A stretch of DNA of 64,000 bases. Origin: Azolla caroliniana (lineage: Eukaryota; Plantae; Polypodiophyta). The DNA is taken from contig JBHGNT010000007.1 in NCBI GenBank assembly GCA_043228905.1, forward strand, positions 2,914,001 through 2,978,000. Reading direction: 5' to 3'. The first letter of the stretch is position 1. Every line of letters starts with the position of its first letter. The position numbers and the translations under genes were made by a program. Below are positions 51,576-64,000 of the stretch, one piece after another. Under the pieces are notes generated by a model. It saw nothing but the letters and a program-made list of their open reading frames with translations, made no database searches and had not been told where the DNA came from.

Positions 51576-53439
51576 AATGTGAGTCCTGCCCTCGACCAGA
51601 TTCACGCCTTTAGACGCGGCCCCCGCAATCCAGACTCTGGCCTTGCATCGCTGAGATATAACGTTCATGTGGCACGAAATCATTGGTCCTGCAAAACTCG
51701 GGGTGGGTGGAGTTGTTCTTTGGGCCCCAATGACCGTGGAGATGAATATCAATGGTGCCATTGGCAATAAGCTTACACTTTTTGAGTAAGCCCCTTGTTT
51801 CAGATTAAATGGCTTGAAGGAGATAAATGTTGGTGTGGAGCAAAATCCGTGGTCATTGAACATGTGGTGCAAACAATTGCTTCTCTTGGGTATTGGTACA
51901 AGAAAAATAAAATGTCAAGCTCCAAAGAAGTTTTCAAATGAAGAGATAAGTGAGATCCACACCAACAATGCATCAAGGTTGGGTTCATTGAGGAGGCACA
52001 CTTCAAATGGAATGAAGACATTTATTTTGCGACACAAAGTCATTGGCCATGAAAAAGATGATGGACAACAATTATCCAAACTATTGTTGTTGGGGTAAAT
52101 TTTATATTGACTTGACAAATTTTGTTTAAATGATGAGATAAATGAGATGCATCAAGGTTGGGTTCTAGCATCTTGCTTTATAGTAAGTCCTAGTTTTGGT
52201 CACACACTCGAATGAGAACCCATGCTAATTATGTAGCATGAATGCTAATTCTGTATTGGTTTTAAGGAAATTACTAGAAAAACAATGAGGCATAACTTGA
52301 TAAAGTATAATGTAGAAGAAATAAATTTACAAATCGATTAGAAATTATGGCTAGAAATAAAATGTTGTACATAGTAAACCTTGAAAATTTTGACCTTTAG
52401 CTTGAGATCAAAGCCTAAAAGTAACGGTTCTAATGTTTCAATCATACTTTGTAAACTCATACTTTTAACTTTGAAATATTACATTGATAGGTAAGTGATG
52501 CTTTTATCCTTAAAACATTGCTTTACAAAATTAGTTCTTTAGAACGCAAAGGTAGAGAATGCTAGCATTGCTTTACACAACATAATGAATGTTAAAAACA
52601 AATTGACATATTATTTTGAGATATATTCCTTTGGAAATATCTAGATTGTCTCCAATAGATGTGATAGGTGGATGCATCGATAGGTTTTGTTTATCATCCT
52701 TGAAGATCAAACATGACTATGGATGAAAGCATAATATCATCATGTAATATGCATGGAGTTGATTAGTGACTCTCACTATCCAATGATTTTACTAATGGAC
52801 ATTCATTGAGAAAGCACAGACTTGATTGTGTTTGAAGGTGGATCATTGTAGTGCTCATTAGCTTGTTTGGGGCAAAATATGTATAATTAACAAGTCTCCT
52901 CACTTGTGTCCTAGTGTTTCATTTCCGATAGAAGAGAATGTGACCCAAGGTGTTTAGAAGCAATGGTGCCAATGGGTAACAAAGAGATATAATATATAGT
53001 TTATTATTGTCCTCAAAGTTAAAACATGAGAAAGGGTGAAATAAAGAAGAAAGAAAGAAATATTAATGTCTTCTAAGACCGAAATTGGCCCATGGGACAA
53101 TTGGTTTACAACAAAATGGGGTGTGTACCCATTCATCGAAAAAAATAAAAAAAATATAGATAAAAGAGTTATAGTATTGTACAAAATGTGTTATAAAATA
53201 ACATATTCTATAAAGGAAATGGCTTTGTGTTAGGCCTAGTTTCATTTCCATCCAAGTCTCTCGAAAAGAAGCAGGAAATCAAAAGGTTTCAATGTGGGTG
53301 TGGGTCGTGGTCCCAATGTAAAAGTTACCCCAACCATAGCTTCTAGGCGGCCTAACTCACGTTCCCTTATCTTCTTAATTGCTTCTACACCACTAGTTAA
53401 TTTGAACCCTGCCGTCTGAGGGTGTTTGGTTGTTCTTTG

Positions 53440-55130
53440 GTTTTTTGCTTCAACAAAGGAGAGGTCGAGTGGTGCAGGTATGTCCACATTCATCGTCTCC
53501 CCGTGTCCTTGAAAAAATTCATTGGTTACATGTTGGTGAATATTAGAAAGGTTATTGTTTAACATTTTGTAGCTTATTCTCTCTATGTTGTTTTAGCTCT
53601 AAGATATATCTACCTAGTTTCTTATTTTTGAAAGATAGTGTAGCCTAAACCAATCCACATCTAACACCATCACACTTTCTCTCAATGATCCACTTATAGC
53701 TGAGTTTTTACCAAGTGATTGTAAAAGGTTAATGTTTTTAGAATATTAGGCCAATATCCAACAACCAAACTCGTTACAAAAACCACTTGAGAGCCCTACA
53801 CCTAGTTTCTTATTTTTGAAAGATAGTGTAGCCTAAACCAATCCACATCTAACACCATCACACTTTCTCTCAATGATCCACTTATAGCTGAGTTTTTACC
53901 AAGTGATTGTAAAAGGTTACTGTTTTTAGAATATTAGGCCAATATCCAACAACCAAACTCGTTACAAAAACCACTTGAGAGCCCTACCCTACAAATAAAG
54001 CTTTTCTCATGTTGCTACTCAACCTTAGCCTTATATGAACTGGCACTCTTATTATATATTGTTGATCAATTTTCTTGTGCGATCAAGTATCCCTCAACCT
54101 AGAAAGTGATGGTTTTTTGCTTCAACAAGGGAGAGGTCGAGTGGTGCAAGTGTGTCCACATTCATCGTCTCGCCTTGTCCCTGAAAAAATTCATTGGTTA
54201 CATGTTGGTGAATATGATAAAGGTTATGGTTTAACATTTTGTAGTTTATTCTCTCTATGTTGTTTTAGCTCTAAGATATATCTACCTAGTTTCTTATTTT
54301 TGAAAGATAGTGTAGCCTAAACTAATCAACATCTAACACCGTCTCATTTGCTCTCAATGATCCACTTATAACTGAGTTGTTACCAAGTGATTGTAAAAGG
54401 CTAATGTTTTTAGAATATTAGGCCAAGATCCAACAACCAAACTCGTTACAAAAACCACTTCAGAGCCCTACCCTACAAATAAAGCTTTTCTCATGGGGTT
54501 GCCACTCGACCTTAGCCTTATATGAGTTGGCACTCTTATTTTATATTGTGTGGATAAAGTATCCCTCAACCTAGAAAGTGATGGTTTTCTTGTACCTATA
54601 TGTGCCTCTATTGAGGGATATCACTTTCTCCTCCTTAGATTAAAACCTTTCAAATGAGTTGGTTGTAGCTTAGTTGCTAAGGTGGTTTGGCATAGCAAAA
54701 GGACATTCATTTGAACCCTACATTCCACATTGACATCTAGTAAAAATATCAAAAAATATATGCTTCAACAAAAGAGGTGCAAAAGTCAAGCTTTGACACC
54801 AATGCCTTGTGTTGGTAGTCTAATAGCTTAGCACTATTTTCTTGTGTGGATCAGGTATCCCTCAACCTAGAAAGTGATGGTTTTCTTGTACCTATATGTG
54901 CCTCTACCGAGGGATATTGCTTTCTCCTCCTTAGATTAAAACATTTCAAAGGAATTGGTTGTAGCTTAGTTGCTAAGGTTGTTTGGCATAACGAAAGGTC
55001 ATGCATTCAAACCCTACATTCCACATGACATCTAGTAAAAATACCAAATAATATATGCTTCAACAAAAGAGGTGCAAAAGTCAAGCTTGGACACCAATGC
55101 CTTGTGTTGGTAGTCTAATAGCTTAGCACT
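53440..55130. repeat. Complex tandem duplication array (~189-bp units and ~297-bp units)
   Basis: acctagtttcttatttttgaaagatagtgtagcctaaac... at ~53612, ~53800, ~54283; gtatccctcaacctagaaagtgatgg at ~54087, ~54559, ~54855. Confidence 0.85.
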
Positions 55131-55956
55131 AAGGTAAGTTAATTATGTAATGAGAGAGATGGCGTCGTGAAGTAGTGTGTTCACAAGAGAAATGTATTGA
55201 ACTCCAAGTATATCAAAGGTTACTCAAGCCAACAAAAAGATATAGTTCAACTAGCCAACTTAGCTTTAGAATGATAAGTCAAAGGTTCAAATCTTATTCA
55301 AAGGGAATAAGCGAGCTTGAATAGGTCAATAGAGGTATTGTGAATGGATGGACGTGATGGTTAGCATTTTGCTCAAATTGGGTGCCTTGGGAAGATAAGG
55401 ATGGGTGCATGCTAAAAGAGGAGGTTCCTATGTTTATTTACAAGAAGATCTCTAAGAAGGTATAAAAACGACAAGACGGATGTGAACTTTTGATGTAAAA
55501 AGATATTCTAATATGTATTAAAATTAATTTTGGTAACCGTGTTGTCTTCGTGTGATTCGTAATTGGTTGAGGCTTGCGACAAATTTTTTGGTTGGGAAGT
55601 ATGAGCATGGCACACAAGATATATGGACATTGCCTCGAATTTGATGGAAGTTCGGACATGGAACTTCTCACTGAAGGGCTTGTAATGTTAACATGAAGAC
55701 GTCACTATGAGGGTTGAGACGAAATTTTTGATACATTAAACCAAGCTCCAAGTGAAAAGTTACAATCGAAAATTTTGATTCTTGAACTTGTCACACCAAT
55801 CAAGGTTGATGTCCTATCAACCAGATGACGTCCAACTCCAGTGGGACATTTTCGTGAATCCTTGGATTCAATTTCTTGAATTAGGGAAATGTGAATCCAT
55901 GAAAGCCCAAAGGCATTGAGCTCTCATGGGCTCATGAATCCACAAAAGCCCATATT

Positions 55957-58900
55957 TTATTTTATTTTTTAAAACTACACCATAGTTTCCATTACCAATC
56001 CAAAAAGCATATACAAGACATATAATAATACAATCTAGTGGCAGGTAAGATATCCCCCATTATGTCATAATTGAAACCAACCTTCACCTATGGAGGGAAT
56101 AACCATTGCGGGGGTACATATTGCCAATCCATTTTTCCATTTCTCTCCACAAAAACTAACAAATCCTTCCATTTGCCTTTAAAGGATTGTTGTTTTAGAA
56201 AAGTCATATCTTCACTACCCGTGAAGGAGTCATATTGACCTTTTAAAATTGAGATAAACATCGGCCAAGTTTCCTTCACACAATGAACAGGATTTTGCTT
56301 TATTTGCTGAAACACATTTTTGCATTGATCTATCCAAATATTCCATAGAACCACTAATGACATCGTAGCCCATACTGTGACATCCACATTCAACCGATTT
56401 GAGCTTGAGTATGGTACAGTAGACATTCGGTTAAGTGCGCACTTTGAACGCAAGGAAGAAGTGCGCACTTAACCGAGCTGCGCACTTAGGGGGTTTCTGA
56501 AACATTTTAGGGTTTTTTGGAAATTTTTAGGGTTTTCTGAAATATTTTCCTTCTGTATGCTAATCATACAATTCTTTATAAGAAAAGTGATAAATTTATG
56601 TGATAAATTGACCTAAAATGTTTCTAGTTCCACCATTCATACTTTTCAATTTCTTTCTCTCAAACATTTTAGGGTTTTTGGGAAATTTTTAGGGTTTTCT
56701 GAAATATTTTTCCTTCTGTATGCTAATCATACAATTCTTGATAAGAAAAGTGATCAATTTATGTGTTAAATTAACCTAAAATGTTTCTAGTTTCACCATA
56801 CACACTCTTCAATTTCTTTCTCGGTTCTAGATGGTATTTGTCTTTTTGCTACAACTGAGAAATACATCCATTATGCAACAAACCTAATGAGCTTCCTTGG
56901 ATGCATCATGCGATGGGATTTTTTCTTGCGTTTTCTTCCTAGTGGCAGCAAGTTTGAGGAATTGAAGTAGAGATGGAGGAGACAAGAAAAGAGAGAGGGG
57001 GAGCAACAGATAGATCACCGACTACAACTTTTGTCATCTAAACAAGATGCACAGAAAGAGAGAGGGAGGGAGAGAGGCTTTCTTCATGCAAGAAAAGAGC
57101 ACACACAGATGTGATACATGCACACACAGAAAGAGAAGGAGAACAGATGGATATGTTGCGCGTGGAGAAGGAGAGCTCACGTTCACAACCAATTGCTACA
57201 AAACTTGACTATATTCATGATCATCAAGATTTGTTTTCCATTCTTTGCTTATGTTCTTTAATCAAGAATCAAAATCACAGATTTGTAATCGTAACACACA
57301 CACACACACATGTAGAACACATGACACACATGACATACCCACAGAAACTCCTTTCGTTGTTTTCTTAATGTTTGGACTCGCTCTCGTTACCATAACACTT
57401 CTTGGTTCTTGTGTGACTAAACTTGTGGGATGTCCTTGTAATCGTAAACACACACATAGACATACCCACAGAAGCTCCTTTCGTTGTTTTCTGAATGTTT
57501 GGAACATAGTTTTAACTTGGTTTGATGTAATTTCGTCATGAAACAATGTAATTTTTTTGATCCGGATTTCGACCACTAAAAAAAGCGCACTTAATAGAAT
57601 GGTGCACTTATGTGGGCACGCACTTAACCGAATGTCTACTGTATGTCCTTAACTTGCCCTCCCCTAGTTTTAAGGGTAAATAGTTATCTTTTCCCTTTCA
57701 TAATTTCCATCTAAAAGACATTTCCCCATGTAATAACATTAGGTCCATATGCAACACCAATGAAGCGCAACATATGTTTCCAAACAGAACATGCGGCCAT
57801 ACGGTTCCATAAGGCATGTTAAATTGATTCCAAGTGAAACCCACAAAAAGAGCAAGTTTTGGTTCCCTCCTACCTATGCATCCATTCCAAGACTGGAAGT
57901 GCATAGTGGACACACAACCATCTAAATGTAATGATTTTGTGAGGAATCTGTAGAGCCCACAACCATTTCAAAAATACCAATACTAAATGCATAAGAATAT
58001 TATTATTTAACCATATCTTAGCTGCAACTGACATAACTAGATTCCTCATTCGTTGGAAGTCCCTACCTAATTTTACAGAGTAGTCAAAGAAAGAAACCAT
58101 CTTACCATTAACATCTCTCCACCACCATTCCACCAGATCCCACTTTAACCCCAATAAAGGCTTACTATCACAAACCCAAATATCCCAGAAAGGGTTTACT
58201 TTTTCAGGATGGGGATCAATAATACATACCTTCCCTCTTTTTGCAACCACCATAATAGGCTTCCACTCCACTAAATTGAGAAGGTCATCCTCCATAGAGA
58301 CCCATTGCAATTTTCCCTTCGAAAATATTATATATGCTAAGAAGGATTCATTAGATGTATAAGCTCTTGCTCCAATCAAGACATTAAACGAAGAGAATGC
58401 CCCATACCATACATGGTTTCAATTAAAGAAGAAGGCAAAATCCTATTACAAGCGTTACTTATCACTTGGAACATTAACATACCACCTCTTATTGATTTCA
58501 AAACTTGTTCCTTAACATCCCTCGAGGATTGATTAAAGTTTAACCAAGTACGAACATTAGCCACAAATGCCTCATCAATTGCCACCCAATTTAATCTTGT
58601 CCTTCTTCCCAAAATATTACCGTAATCATCCTTAATGAAGGGGTTCTAGCAAATTGGTTGCCTTTTCCACTTGTCCTCTCATACATGATGTTTATGCACA
58701 AGATTAGACAACAAACATTTCCAAGCTCTTAACAAAGAGTTAAAAAAATTTATCTGAAGTGAAAATAGAAGCCAAAGGCATATCCTTGTGTACAAACCAC
58801 CACCTCACATTTCGCTTCTAATGTCCACCTCTACATTGAACCAATTCCTTCATACGTTCATGAAGTAGCAATTTCCATGGTTCATTCCCTGGCAGCATAC

Positions 58901-61310
58901 TTCTCAAAACAAATTTCCCAAGTAATGCTCTACATTGAAACATTGGGTCTATCAACCCTAATCTGCCCTCGTGAGGAGGAGATATTATTACCTTCCACGC
59001 AACTTTAAATCTTGCATTTGCATAAGATGCAACCCATAAGAAATTGCGGACAAGCCTTTGTACTTGAGGGAGAACAGATCTTGAAAACAACCAAGATGAG
59101 AGGATATACCACATCGAGACAGAAGCACTTGATTAGCAATTACAATTCTTCCAGCCAATGATAAATGTTTCGAAGACCAAAACAACAATTTCCTCTTCAA
59201 TGACATCAACAAGGGGGCAATAAGGTTGATCATGAGTAATATCAACACCAATCATGGGGCAACCAATGTGAAACTCTATTATTCTTCATTCTTATTCCAA
59301 TAGATTTATTCCAATGTATAATAGCACCTAATAGCTCACAAAATTCTTGCACCACACATTCAACATTACGCAAATTTTGTTCCTCCCCATCCACATATAC
59401 AATTGTATCATCAGCAAATTCATTATCAAGCACTTGCTTATTATCGAATCCCCATTGCAACCCTTTAATTCTTAAGGCATGATTATTAAAATACACATGA
59501 AAAGCCTCAACTATTAATAGGTATAGGAAAGGGGCCAATGGACATCCTTGCCTAACCGACCTTGAAATAAAGAAGGGTGCATCAACTTCTCTTGCCACAT
59601 ATACAGAGCTAGACGCGTTCTTATACAAGGCTCTTACCGCCACCACCCAAGCCATTGGAAATCCTAGTTGTAACATAACTTCCTCGAGGAAAGACCAATC
59701 AACTCTATCTTATGCCTTTTCAAAGTCCAACATTAGCACCACTAGGTGAACATCCTTCTCTTTTGCCAAAGTTGTAAGCTCCCACAACATGACAATATTA
59801 TAAAAAATAGAACGCTCTTGCATAAAACCCGTTTATGATTTATGAATAATATCATTTAATAAAGGTTGCATACGTAAAGCAAGGACTTTAGCATAAAGCT
59901 TATAGATAGTATTCAGAATAATTATCAATTGCCACTTCTTAATGTCAACTACTACCCCCTCCAATTTAGGAATAAAAAAAATTAACCTTGCATTCCATTG
60001 ATAAGTCATATCACCCAAAGTAAAAACCTCTTGTAACGCTTCCGCTACACTGATTCTAATGTGATCCCAATAGCAAAGAAAACATTCAAGAGGAAAACCA
60101 TCGATGCCAGGACATACATGTTTACCTAAGGCCTTAATTGCAACATACACCTCATTAACATTAAAAGGTTTAACTAATTCATTAGCCATAGAAAGATTAA
60201 CTTTCTTCTTCATAACACACCATAATGTAGATCTTAAGGCTAATTGCTCATGCGTAAATGACTACCTAGTTAGCAAAGATTTATAAAAGTTCAAGGAAAT
60301 TCTCCTCAATTCAACGTCATCCGATGTTAATGATCCATCTTCCCTCTCTAATTGTCTCATTACATTCTTAGTATGGCCAATTTTATTTACACGAAAAAAA
60401 TCAGCATTAACCTTATCTATGAGATGAGACCATTTCGTTGAGGATGCACAAAATTTGTGTTGAGCTATAACATCCTCAATTTGTTGCATCTCAACATGTG
60501 TTTGATGCAATTCAGCTCCAACCCACATAGCCCGTGGGTTTTTCTCTTGTAGGTTTTGATGAGCAACAAGTGTTCGCCTAGAAGCTAACATCTTTTGTTT
60601 GGCCTCTTGTAATTACATCAACGTTTTATCCTTAAAAAAATTAGCAATTAAATACAAAGCCTTGTGTACCTTAGAAACTTTAGATAGTTGAGCCCCCACC
60701 TCATAATTCCATATACCCAAAACTTGACTTCTAAAAATATCATTCGAAAAGAAGGATATAGGAATTTTAGTGGAAAACGTTCTATGTTTTTAATCCTAAC
60801 CAACTTCAAAATCACCGGAGCATAGGCAGAAAATAGAGAACCCCCAATAATCTCAACTTCTCCTCCAATATCATTAAAATAATCATCTACATATATCCTA
60901 TCTAGCCGAGATAGATTAGCCCCTAATTGACACCTATCCGATCTAGAATACTGTAATGAGTCACTAAGTCTATGAAATGAGGGGAGGTGCCAAGCATCTT
61001 GTATCCTCAACATGAAACATAATCTCTCCCATGATGCCAATTCACAGCCTATAAGAACAACATTAGACCACCCACTCTATCCCCAACGGCCTCAATCATA
61101 TTAAAATCACCGCCCATGCACCAATGGTTAGCATGGCAATTGTTGGACAATTTGTGTCCAAAAACCCTTACGAGCACCCCTATCATTTGGGGCATAAATG
61201 TTCAAAAAAACTCAAACAACATCATTAATTTTAAGGAGTAGATAATGAGCCCTTCCTTACACCACTTGTTGGGAATGGACAACAAATTGCATCCATTTAT
61301 CACTATGAAT
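55957..61310 (-). mobile_element. Old 5'-truncated L1 LINE (endonuclease to 3' end), heavily degenerate
   Basis: GGDFN, SRLDRIYV, CPGIDG, SVRQGCPLAP, FADD, YVPPQWLFPP remnants; T-rich tail ~55957-55970; approximate TSD cacaaaaRcccatatt (55941-55956, 61311-61326). Confidence 0.85.
56417..57641. mobile_element. Non-autonomous Tc1/mariner (pogo-like) element, 1225 bp
   Basis: Perfect 23-bp TIR CAGTAGACATTCGGTTAAGTGCG; TA TSD (56415-56416, 57642-57643); internal ~162-bp tandem duplication; no transposase ORF. Confidence 0.9.
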
Positions 61311-61344
61311 CACAAAAACCCATATTCACACATATGTGTATGAC

Positions 61345-61482
61345 TTATTCACACATCAAGACTTGGTGCTTCAAAGTATGTATAGATATCCCTTCTTAGG
61401 AAGGAGACACATCAAGATAACTTTTGTACTTATGTCCTATGTGTCAATATTTGCCTCTCTATGGATGCAAGAATATCTATCT
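61345..61482 (+). mobile_element. Short 3'-UTR remnant of the microsatellite-tailed LINE family
   Basis: gacttggtgcttcaa...cttaggaaggagac...catcaaga...gtcaatatttgcctctctatgga matches the reverse complement of ~6600-6740; short tatctatcta tail. Confidence 0.6.
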
Positions 61483-62223
61483 ACCCCACTATGGGTGGCA
61501 TAATATTTTCCCCAAATACCCCTCCCTTACCTATTAACACCTATTCACACACACTATACATCATCAAACAACCATTCAAATAAACTTACCTACTCACTCA
61601 CACGTCAAAATGGACTTAAACACACATACATACGTATGAATAAATCCAAATATTTATACATAATCATTGTTACAAGCCTCGTACATGCCTGACACATTAA
61701 TGTGAATTAAACAAATAAGGAATCAAACAAGAGACTTGCTTACACATGATAATTACTTGCATGGTCTAACACGCTTTAGCATTGACAAAACCACTAGAAA
61801 TTCAGGTACTTGCCCTTGCATATAGAGCACACATAAAATCAGCTACACCCACACCCACACACTTAAACATTATCATGGTCTATCTCGAACATTCGAACAA
61901 AGTTGCGTATTGTCAATTTTGAAGTTCCTGAAGCCATCCACTCAAATCATCTCGTCCCCTTTATTTAAAGACCTTAGTGATCCCCCTCACATTTCACACA
62001 CACACGCGTATTTTCTCAACAATGGTTCTACAAAGGTCCTAAGTTCATGCATTCAACCCCTAAATTCTGCATTGGCACCTCATAAAATCAAGAAAAATAT
62101 ATGGTTTTATAAGGAGGTGAGGAAGTCATGCCTTGAACCCAAGGACTTTTGTCTATAATCTAATAGCTTATCATTAGAGAGAGACAAATATATATTTTTA
62201 GCATCCATAGAGAGAGAGAGAGA

Positions 62224-62300
62224 GGATGTCTAGATGAATGTAAGGTTGCCCAATGGAGACCAAAAGGTCATGGGTTTAACCCCTACACTCCACAAATGGT
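62224..62300 (+). mobile_element. tRNA-derived SINE-like head (degenerate)
   Basis: ggatgt...gtaaggttgcccaatggagaccaaaaggtcatgggtttaacccctacactccaca; B-box-like GGTTTAACCC; homologous to 5094-5140. Confidence 0.5.
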
Positions 62301-62770
62301 GTGTAGTAATTTTATTATTATTATTATTATTCAAAAAGATACACCCTGGTATTATAAAATCATAAGAAATACAAAAGTTGTGTTGGATATACCAATCGAT
62401 TCCCTTGTACTCTCATCATGGCCGATTTGATGTGTATATACAATAACCACACATAGTTTTTTGTACATTGATGTTCAATATTCCTTGCTTTCGCCAAGCC
62501 CTAAGCTTGGGTTCATGACTCTTTGATTTGTGAACTCAAGTTCCCTTAGATCTATGCATTATGGGCAGAAATTTCATTGCATGTTCATCAACATCCATGA
62601 TATATTCATGTTCATAGTTTGCATATTCTGGTTCCCTTATATACAACCATCATCGATATAGAAATCCATGTTAATCTCATCAATAAATGCATACATGACA
62701 TGCTCATTGATATAGATATCAATGGTATGTTCATGTTTATGAGTTGTTAAAACCCACCAGATCTATCAAC

Positions 62771-64000
62771 TCATCCATGATCAATATAGGCATCCATAGT
62801 ATGCTCATTGACATAGACATCCATGGCATGTTCATATTCTTGCTTTCTCCAAGAATCATGTTTTATTCTGATCATGTTTTCGAATTTTTTTTCATCCTCT
62901 AACATACCAACACTTCCAAATATATCAACCATGCGAACATATGCCTCCACACCATTATTATCTAGTTGTATGGCTTGATCAAAGGACAAACTCCCAAGCT
63001 TCACATTTCCCCACTTCCTACAAGCACCCAATAGTGAAATCCCTATGGCTGAATACTCAAAAAATAGCATTGCCTTGATCACTGAAATAGCCTTATCAAA
63101 TTGCCCCCCACATCCAAATACTACAACCATGCAATTAAGATGCTCTAAGTTTGGAGAAATACAATATTTTGTAGTCATAATCTCAAAAAACATTTTGGCA
63201 TCTTTTATGAGCTCAAAGTGAGCACTTGCAAGTAGGCTATGATAAGGCGTGATAAAATATGAATTTCGAAATTGACAGCGAGAGACATGAAGGAAAAAGT
63301 AAAGTTGTAGCACACATAATAATGTTATGTTGTTAGGAGATATGCCCTCGCTTTCCATGTGTTTGAGACACTTCAGGGCTTCATGTCCTTGTCCTTGTTG
63401 AGCATAGCCAACAATAAGGGCTGACCAAGCAATCACATCTCGAAGATGAAGCTCTTCTAGTACTTTTCTCGCTTTCTCAAGCATACCACATCTAGCATAC
63501 ATATGAACCAGAGCAGTGCCAAGAACTATATTCTTCTCCAACAATTTCCTTTTCACGACCTCATCATGAATTTGTTTGCCCTTGTCTATAGCACCCATGC
63601 TTCCACAGGCCTTTAGAGTGCAAATAAACGTAACAACATCATGTGATAAACCCTCATTTTGCATTTGTTTGAAACTATTGGGTGCATCATGGCTTTGTCC
63701 ATGTTGAACATACCCATAAATTATTGCAGACCATGTGATGACATTGTGATTAGAATGGTCTTCGAGTGATTTTTGAGCTTTGTCAAGCATTCCACATTTA
63801 ACATACATATAAGCTAAACCGTTAGCAAGCACAATATCCTTCTCTATGAAGTTCCTGCTCCGAATTTGATCATGAATTTGTTTGCCTTTCTCTATAGCCC
63901 CTAAATTGCCACATGCCTTCAAAATGGAAAGGTTAGTGCTTCCATTGGGAGAAAGACCATCATTTATCATTTGTTTGAAACAATTTAATGCCTCATGGTC
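62771..64000 (-). CDS. PLS-class pentatricopeptide repeat protein with E-type C-terminal motifs (5'-partial, possibly degenerate)
   Basis: P/L/S motifs (ILKACGNLGAIEKGKQIH, LVHMYARCGMLEKARKV, DVIAWSALIVGYAQQG) and E-like region (PNLEHLNCMVVVFG, SLLGACRKWGNVKLG); the frame runs off the window edge; no DYW. Confidence 0.85.
   Translation of the reverse strand, partial: DHEALNCFKQMINDGLSPNGSTNLSILKACGNLGAIEKGKQIHDQIRSRNFIEKDIVLANGLAYMYVKCGMLDKAQKSLEDHSNHNVITWSAIIYGYVQHGQSHDAPNSFKQMQNEGLSHDVVTFICTLKACGSMGAIDKGKQIHDEVVKRKLLEKNIVLGTALVHMYARCGMLEKARKVLEELHLRDVIAWSALIVGYAQQGQGHEALKCLKHMESEGISPNNITLLCVLQLYFFLHVSRCQFRNSYFITPYHSLLASAHFELIKDAKMFFEIMTTKYCISPNLEHLNCMVVVFGCGGQFDKAISVIKAMLFFEYSAIGISLLGACRKWGNVKLGSLSFDQAIQLDNNGVEAYVRMVDIFGSVGMLEDEKKFENMIRIKHDSWRKQEYEHAMDVYVNEHTMDAYIDHG

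Overview
Eukaryotic, AT-rich, intron-containing plant nuclear DNA. It most likely comes from a non-seed land plant with flagellated sperm such as a fern; this is inferred from an ODF3/SHIPPO-repeat gene and the PLS-PPR style. Five host genes can be modelled. On the - strand: organellar (mitochondrial-type) ribosomal protein L7/L12 (2703-3386), a 9-exon SnRK2 kinase whose C-terminal acidic tail is replaced by seven 19-aa tandem repeats (8548-11471), a 7-exon DnaJ-ferredoxin DJC76-like chaperone (47710-51223) and a 5'-truncated PLS-class PPR gene (62771->64000). On the + strand: a 10-exon ODF3/STPG-like PGP-repeat protein with a GC-AG intron (43890-46938). Most of the remaining sequence is transposon-derived and the insertion history can be read from target-site duplications (TSDs). 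An L1 (16301-33707) contains a Ty1/copia element (17542-29003). The copia 3' LTR microsatellite holds a microsatellite-tailed two-ORF LINE (17623-22834), which itself holds a solo LTR (20777-21509). The copia also holds a second solo LTR (24011-24726) and a 19-bp TG..CA mini-insert with a 5-bp TSD. The window also has an L1-in-L1 nest, four CATAG-ended hAT-type MITEs with 8-bp TSDs, a TA-targeted Tc1/mariner(pogo)-type MITE and tRNA-like SINE heads. Exon boundaries and TSDs were read by eye; no database search was run.
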